Assembly (NCBI GenBank): GCA_029242795.1
Contig: JAQWTH010000017.1
Span: forward strand, 4,211-68,210
Reading direction: 5' to 3'
DNA length: 64,000 bases
Source: Candidatus Pelagibacterales bacterium
GTDB lineage: Bacteria > Pseudomonadota > Alphaproteobacteria > Pelagibacterales > AG-422-B15
Positions 59,374 to 64,000 of the stretch are shown here, one piece after another. The position numbers were made by a program, and so were the translations under genes. How positions within the stretch are numbered: the first letter of the stretch is position 1; each line of letters opens with the position of its first letter. The notes below the pieces were generated by a model that worked only from the letters and a program-made list of their open reading frames with translations, did not search any database and was not told the origin of the DNA.

Positions 59374-60132
59374 ATGTTAAAGAAAAGAATTATACCATGT
59401 CTAGATGTAAACAACGGAAGAGTTGTTAAAGGTGTTAATTTTATAAATTTAATAGATGCAGGTGATCCTGTTGAACAAGCTATAATTTATAATGAAGAAG
59501 GTGCAGATGAGTTGTGTTTTCTAGACATTACTGCATCAAGTGATAATAGATCTACACTATTTGACGTAGTCAAAAAAACGGCTGAAAACTGCTTTATACC
59601 TCTCACAGTTGGGGGAGGAGTACGAACCTTGGATGATATATCAACTCTGCTTCACTCAGGTGCAGATAAAATATCTATTAATACAACGGCTGTGGATAAT
59701 AGATCTTTTGTCAGTAGTGCTGCTAACAAATTTGGCTCATCAACAATAGTCATAGCCGTTGATGCAAAAAAAGATAAGAACAATCGATGGAAGGTTTTTA
59801 CTCATGGTGGCCGAAACGAAACTAATATTGATGCAATTGATTATTGTATGGAAGTAGCTGAACTAGGTGCTGGTGAAATTTTGCTTACTTCTATGGATAA
59901 GGATGGGACTAAATCTGGTTTTGATAATGAACTTCTAAATAAGATCACAACTAAAATAAGTATTCCAGTGATTGCGTCAGGAGGTGTAGGTACATTAGAG
60001 CATATGTACGAGGGCGTAGTAGAAGGTGGAGCGAGTGCTCTATTAGCAGCATCGATTTTTCATTTTGGTGAATATAGAATTCAAGATGTAAAAAGATATC
60101 TTGCTGATAAGAAAATACCAGTTAGGATTTAA
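59374..60132 (+). CDS. hisF: Imidazole glycerol phosphate synthase, cyclase subunit
   Basis: 252 aa; [37 protein letters not shown]. Confidence 0.97.
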   Translation: MLKKRIIPCLDVNNGRVVKGVNFINLIDAGDPVEQAIIYNEEGADELCFLDITASSDNRSTLFDVVKKTAENCFIPLTVGGGVRTLDDISTLLHSGADKISINTTAVDNRSFVSSAANKFGSSTIVIAVDAKKDKNNRWKVFTHGGRNETNIDAIDYCMEVAELGAGEILLTSMDKDGTKSGFDNELLNKITTKISIPVIASGGVGTLEHMYEGVVEGGASALLAASIFHFGEYRIQDVKRYLADKKIPVRI

Positions 60133-60134
60133 TT

Positions 60135-60419
60135 ATGAAAGGTTATTGGATTGTAAAAGCAAACACAGTCAATGCTGAGAAACAAAAAGACTATGCTTCT
60201 TTCGCTTCAAAAGCTGTTGAGAAATATGGTGGAAAATACCTGGTTAGAGGTGGTCAAAGTTTAGACAAAGAAGGATCAATATTTGAAAGAAATGTGGTAG
60301 TTGAATTTGATACTTATGAAATTGCAAAGCAAGCTTATGAGAGTGAAGAATATCAGTATGCAAAAAAAATCTTGGGAGATGAAAAAGATAGAATTTTTGC
60401 AATCGTTGAAGGTACATAG
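60135..60419 (+). CDS. DUF1330 family protein
   Basis: 94 aa; KGYWIV ... Y...A...V.KYGGKYLVRGG pattern typical of DUF1330. Confidence 0.8.
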   Translation: MKGYWIVKANTVNAEKQKDYASFASKAVEKYGGKYLVRGGQSLDKEGSIFERNVVVEFDTYEIAKQAYESEEYQYAKKILGDEKDRIFAIVEGT

Positions 60420-60421
60420 AT

Positions 60422-60730
60422 ATGAGTGAGAAAGTTCAAGTATTAGTAAGATTATTTGAGACTATTATTAATCGCTCTAATGATGATCCCAATAATTCTT
60501 ATACCGCCCAGCTACTTTCTGAAGGCCAAGAGAAATGTATTGCTAAATTAAAAGAAGAAGCTCTTGAAACTGTAGATGCCGCTGAGAACAATGATATTAA
60601 TCAAATTATTTATGAGTCAGCTGACTTAATTTATCACCTGCTAGTACTTTGGAAAAAATTTGAAATCTCTCCTGATCAAATTTATGATGAATTATCGAGT
60701 AGAGAAGGTAAGACAGGGATTAGAAAATAA
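60422..60730 (+). CDS. hisE: Phosphoribosyl-ATP pyrophosphatase
   Basis: 102 aa; SYTAQLL..G..K...KLKEEALE ... ESADLIYHLLVL pattern of HisE. Confidence 0.85.
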   Translation: MSEKVQVLVRLFETIINRSNDDPNNSYTAQLLSEGQEKCIAKLKEEALETVDAAENNDINQIIYESADLIYHLLVLWKKFEISPDQIYDELSSREGKTGIRK

Positions 60731-61101
60731 TGAGTTATGACGATCAAAATATTTTTGCAAAAATTATAAGTGGTGAAATACCATGTGATAAAATCTATGA
60801 AAGTGAATTCACTATTGTATTTGAGGATATTAGACCTCAAGCTCCATCACATGTTTTGATTATTCCAAGAGGAAAATATAAAGATATTAACGATTTTAGT
60901 AAGAATGCTAATAATGATGAGATTTTAGATTTAAACAAGTCTATCTCTATAGTTGCAGATAAATTAGGAGTTAGCGAGGATGCTGGAGGAAATGGATATA
61001 GATTGATAACTAATGCAGGAAAAGATTCTCATCAAGAAGTTCCCCATTTACATTTCCATCTAGTAGCTGGAAAACCACTAGGACCTTTATTAGTTAAATG
61101 A
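60730..61101 (+). CDS. HIT-family (histidine triad) nucleotide hydrolase
   Basis: 123 aa; IFAKIISGEIP, histidine triad HLHFHLVAG. Confidence 0.9.
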   Translation: MSYDDQNIFAKIISGEIPCDKIYESEFTIVFEDIRPQAPSHVLIIPRGKYKDINDFSKNANNDEILDLNKSISIVADKLGVSEDAGGNGYRLITNAGKDSHQEVPHLHFHLVAGKPLGPLLVK

Positions 61102-61916
61102 AAAATAGAACAAAAAGAATTAAAGTTGTCGTTACTGGTGCAACTGGTCGCATGGGACAAATGCTTGTTCAGCAAATTTTAGCAGATAAAAAACTTTCTT
61201 TATTTGGTGCTACAGAAAGACCAAACCACAAAAAAATAGGATTTGATATTGGTGATATTATTAAATCAAAAAAAACAGGTGTCATCATTACAGACGACTT
61301 CATTCCTCTTTTTGCAAAGACTGATGCGGTAATTGATTTTTCATTACCTAAAGCAACAGTAGTACATTCAAAATATGCCGCCCAAGCAAGAATAATACAT
61401 GTTATAGGAACAACTGGATTTTCTGACTCAGAAATTAAAAAAATAAGTTACGCAGCTCAGCATGCGACAATTATAAAATCTGGAAACATGAGTATTGGAG
61501 TAAATATCTTAGAAAAACTCGTTTCTGAAGTGAGTAAGTCATTATCTGAAGAATTTCAAATTCAGATAAATGAAGTCCATCATAAACATAAAATTGATGC
61601 CCCATCTGGAACAGCTTTGATGTTAGGTCAGGCTGTAGCTAGTAGTAAAAATAAAAAATTAGAAAAAATAAAACAAAAATCTAAAATAAATACTCAAGGA
61701 AAAATTAAAAAAGATAAAATTGTCTTTTCATCATTTAGAAAAGGAAATGTTGTTGGTAATCATGATGTAGTTTTTTCAAGTAACGATGAAACGATTAAGT
61801 TAAGTCATACAGCTTTAAATAGAAATATTTTTGCATCAGGTGCTCTACAGGCTGTGAAATGGGGCAAAGATAAAGAACCTGGACTTTATTCGATGGCAGA
61901 TGTATTGAGTCTCTAA
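61098..61916 (+). CDS. dapB: 4-hydroxy-tetrahydrodipicolinate reductase
   Basis: 272 aa; VVVTGATGRMG, EVHHKHKIDAPSGTA. Confidence 0.95.
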   Translation: MKNRTKRIKVVVTGATGRMGQMLVQQILADKKLSLFGATERPNHKKIGFDIGDIIKSKKTGVIITDDFIPLFAKTDAVIDFSLPKATVVHSKYAAQARIIHVIGTTGFSDSEIKKISYAAQHATIIKSGNMSIGVNILEKLVSEVSKSLSEEFQIQINEVHHKHKIDAPSGTALMLGQAVASSKNKKLEKIKQKSKINTQGKIKKDKIVFSSFRKGNVVGNHDVVFSSNDETIKLSHTALNRNIFASGALQAVKWGKDKEPGLYSMADVLSL

Positions 61917-61928
61917 ACATAATTAAGA

Positions 61929-62582
61929 ATGAATAAAAACGAGAGAGTCAAAGTAATAATAAAGTCTCTTAATAAGTTGTATCCTAAAATACCAATACCC
62001 TTAAAACATAAAAATAATTTTGAACTTTTAATAGCAGTTTTACTGAGTGCGCAATGTACCGACGAAAGAGTAAATACTGTTACTCCAAAACTTTTTTCTA
62101 AAGCTAATAACCCCCATAAAATGATCAGCTTATCTGAAAGAGAAATATATAATATTGTAAGACCTTGTGGCCTTGCTCCTCAAAAATCAAAAGCAATTTA
62201 TAATCTATCTAGAATTCTTATTGAAGAATTCAGAGGTAATATACCCCAAAATTATGAAGATTTAGAAAAATTACCAGGAGTGGGTCACAAAACTGCAAGC
62301 GTAGTTATGTCTCAAGGCTTTGGATATCCAGCTTTTCCTGTTGATACTCATATACATCGTCTTGCACAAAGATGGAAGTTAACTAGTGGCAAAAATGTAA
62401 GACAAACAGAAAAAGACCTGAAGAGATTATTTCCAGAGTCAGCATGGAATAAACTTCATCTTCAAATAATTTATTATGGTAGAGAGTATTGTAAAGCTAG
62501 AAGTTGTTTTGGGCTTGAATGTGAAATTTGCTATTCATGTTTTCCAAGAAGAAAAAAAGCTATTAAAACTCTAAAAGCTTAA
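61929..62582 (+). CDS. nth: Endonuclease III
   Basis: 217 aa; HhH-GPD LPGVGHKTASVVM, catalytic DTHIHR, C-terminal Cys cluster for the 4Fe-4S centre. Confidence 0.95.
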   Translation: MNKNERVKVIIKSLNKLYPKIPIPLKHKNNFELLIAVLLSAQCTDERVNTVTPKLFSKANNPHKMISLSEREIYNIVRPCGLAPQKSKAIYNLSRILIEEFRGNIPQNYEDLEKLPGVGHKTASVVMSQGFGYPAFPVDTHIHRLAQRWKLTSGKNVRQTEKDLKRLFPESAWNKLHLQIIYYGREYCKARSCFGLECEICYSCFPRRKKAIKTLKA

Positions 62583-62634
62583 ACAATCTAATTAATATAC
62601 TTTATATGAAAATTAGTAACTGATAAGCTTTGTC

Positions 62635-63363
62635 ATGAATAGTAAAGTTGCTCTAATAATAGGTGCAGGTACTAGCCTTGGATCATCAATAACAAAAGTT
62701 TTTGCTGATGATAATTTTACTGTTGTACCAGTTAGGCGTGAAGGAGAAAAACTTAAGCCCTTAGAAGAGGAAATTAATTCAAAAGGAGGAAAATGTTTTT
62801 CATTTAGTCTTGATGCTAGAAAAGAAGATGAAGTGAAAAACTTTATTGAAAGAGTTGAACTAGAGATTGGTGAAATCGAAATAGCGATCTACAACATTGG
62901 AGCTAATATCAAATATAATTTAACTGAAACTTCCTCAAAAAAATATTTCAAAGTATGGGAAATGGCAACATTTGGAGCATTTTTAATGGGGCGAGAGGTT
63001 GCTAAAAATATGATCAAAAGAAAAAGAGGAACAATAATATTTACTGGAGCAACTGCAAGCATTAGAGGAGGCGATGGCTTTTCTGCTTTTGCAGGTGCCA
63101 AAAATGCAAAAAGAGCTCTTGCCCAAAGCATGGCGCGTGAGTTAGGGCCCAAAGGGATTCATGTTGCTCATATTATTATTGATGGAGCAATTGATACTCC
63201 ATGGGTCAATGAATTATTCCCAGAATTTGTAAAACAAAAAAAAGATATTGATGGTCTAATGAACCCAGATGATATAGCCTCAAACTATCTGTGGATTCAC
63301 AATCAACCTAGAAATTCATGGACACATGAATTAGATTTAAGACCTTGGGTAGAAAAATGGTAA
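62635..63363 (+). CDS. SDR-family oxidoreductase with atypical active site (FxxxK)
   Basis: 242 aa; IIGAGTSLGS cofactor loop. SAFAGAK sits where classical SDRs have YxxxK, by my alignment to the SDR at 1895-2674. Confidence 0.8.
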   Translation: MNSKVALIIGAGTSLGSSITKVFADDNFTVVPVRREGEKLKPLEEEINSKGGKCFSFSLDARKEDEVKNFIERVELEIGEIEIAIYNIGANIKYNLTETSSKKYFKVWEMATFGAFLMGREVAKNMIKRKRGTIIFTGATASIRGGDGFSAFAGAKNAKRALAQSMARELGPKGIHVAHIIIDGAIDTPWVNELFPEFVKQKKDIDGLMNPDDIASNYLWIHNQPRNSWTHELDLRPWVEKW

Positions 63364-64000
63364 ATAAAGAATTTGGTATCACCGGCATAGGAAATTCAAT
63401 TGTAGATATTATTGTTCAGGTTGAAGATGATTTTCTTTTAGAAAATGATCTGAGAAAAGGAATGATGTCCTTGGTAGATCTAGACGGAATTCAAAATCTT
63501 GAAAAAAAATTTAAAATAGAAACAACAGTTTCTGGTGGTTCAGTTGCGAATTCTATTGTTTGCATGTCTCAAAATGAAATTAACTCTGCATTTATAGGAA
63601 AGGTCGCTGATGATGATCTTGGTTCAGCATTTATAAATGGTCTTAATAAAGAAGGTGTTCAATTTGGATCATCTCAATTTAGTGATAATGAAAAGACAGG
63701 TCGATGCATTGTAATGGTTTCAAAAGATGCTCAACGAACTATGAGTACCTATTTAGGAATTTCTCAGAAGTTAAACGAGAAGGATATCAATGAAGATCTA
63801 ATCAAGAAGTCAAAAATTCTTTATTTAGAGGGATATCTTTGGGATTTAGATGATGCTCAAAGTGCTATAAGAAAATCAATTTCCATAGCAAAAGAAAATG
63901 GAACCAAGATAGCCTTTAGTGTTTCAGATGTTTTTTGTATAGAGAGATTTAGAGAAAGTTTCTTAGAAATTATCAAGAATGATTGCGATATCGTTTTTGC
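63357..64000 (+). CDS. PfkB-family carbohydrate/adenosine kinase (5' partial, runs off the window)
   Basis: Not in the ORF track because it has no stop. The ATG overlaps the SDR stop (ATGGTAA). GIGNSIVDII, GGSVANS and LYLEGYLWD are typical of adenosine-kinase-like PfkB proteins. Confidence 0.8.
   Translation, partial: MVNKEFGITGIGNSIVDIIVQVEDDFLLENDLRKGMMSLVDLDGIQNLEKKFKIETTVSGGSVANSIVCMSQNEINSAFIGKVADDDLGSAFINGLNKEGVQFGSSQFSDNEKTGRCIVMVSKDAQRTMSTYLGISQKLNEKDINEDLIKKSKILYLEGYLWDLDDAQSAIRKSISIAKENGTKIAFSVSDVFCIERFRESFLEIIKNDCDIVF

Noticed and set aside
1-64000. CRISPR arrays, IS elements, prophage, restriction-modification, toxin-antitoxin or other known defence systems
   Set aside because: I saw no repeat-spacer periodicity, no terminal inverted repeats with a transposase and no nuclease/methylase or small paired ORFs of TA type. 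Every ORF of 100 aa or more is accounted for by housekeeping or conserved-unknown families.

Overview
This 64-kb window comes from an AT-rich chromosome (roughly 30% GC by eye) that is extremely gene-dense. By my gene calls only about 1.9 kb is intergenic, so about 97% is coding. K/I/N-rich proteins, many 1-14 nt gene overlaps and alphaproteobacterial ori-proximal synteny (leuS-lptE-holA, parB-parA-rsmG-mnmG-mnmE, rho-hemG-hemH-hemE | maf-aroE-coaE-dnaQ, hslVU next to hisBHAFE) suggest a streamlined marine alphaproteobacterium such as SAR11/Pelagibacterales. That attribution is inference, not verified. I call 70 protein-coding loci, including one small conserved ORF missing from the ORF track and one hslU gene interrupted by an in-frame stop. 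I also call one tRNA-Gly(GCC), a candidate oriC, a perfect parS site and a few terminators and palindromes. I found no transposase, integrase, CRISPR array, prophage or recognisable defence or toxin-antitoxin system; the window is mostly core housekeeping. The best candidate for an uncharacterised system is a secreted DUF1302 (unusually large) + DUF1329 + Ycf48-like BNR propeller (+SDR) envelope module at 2.6-8.2 kb. Other items worth a second look are the nonsense-split hslU, a TPR-sulfotransferase wedged into leuS-lptE-holA, a tRNA-Gly followed after 9 nt by an FkbM methyltransferase / UMF1-MFS / membrane-protein block, the fine structure of the putative origin, and parS embedded in the conserved VSRET codons of rsmG. 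All family assignments rest on motif recognition by eye and need HMM or BLAST confirmation.
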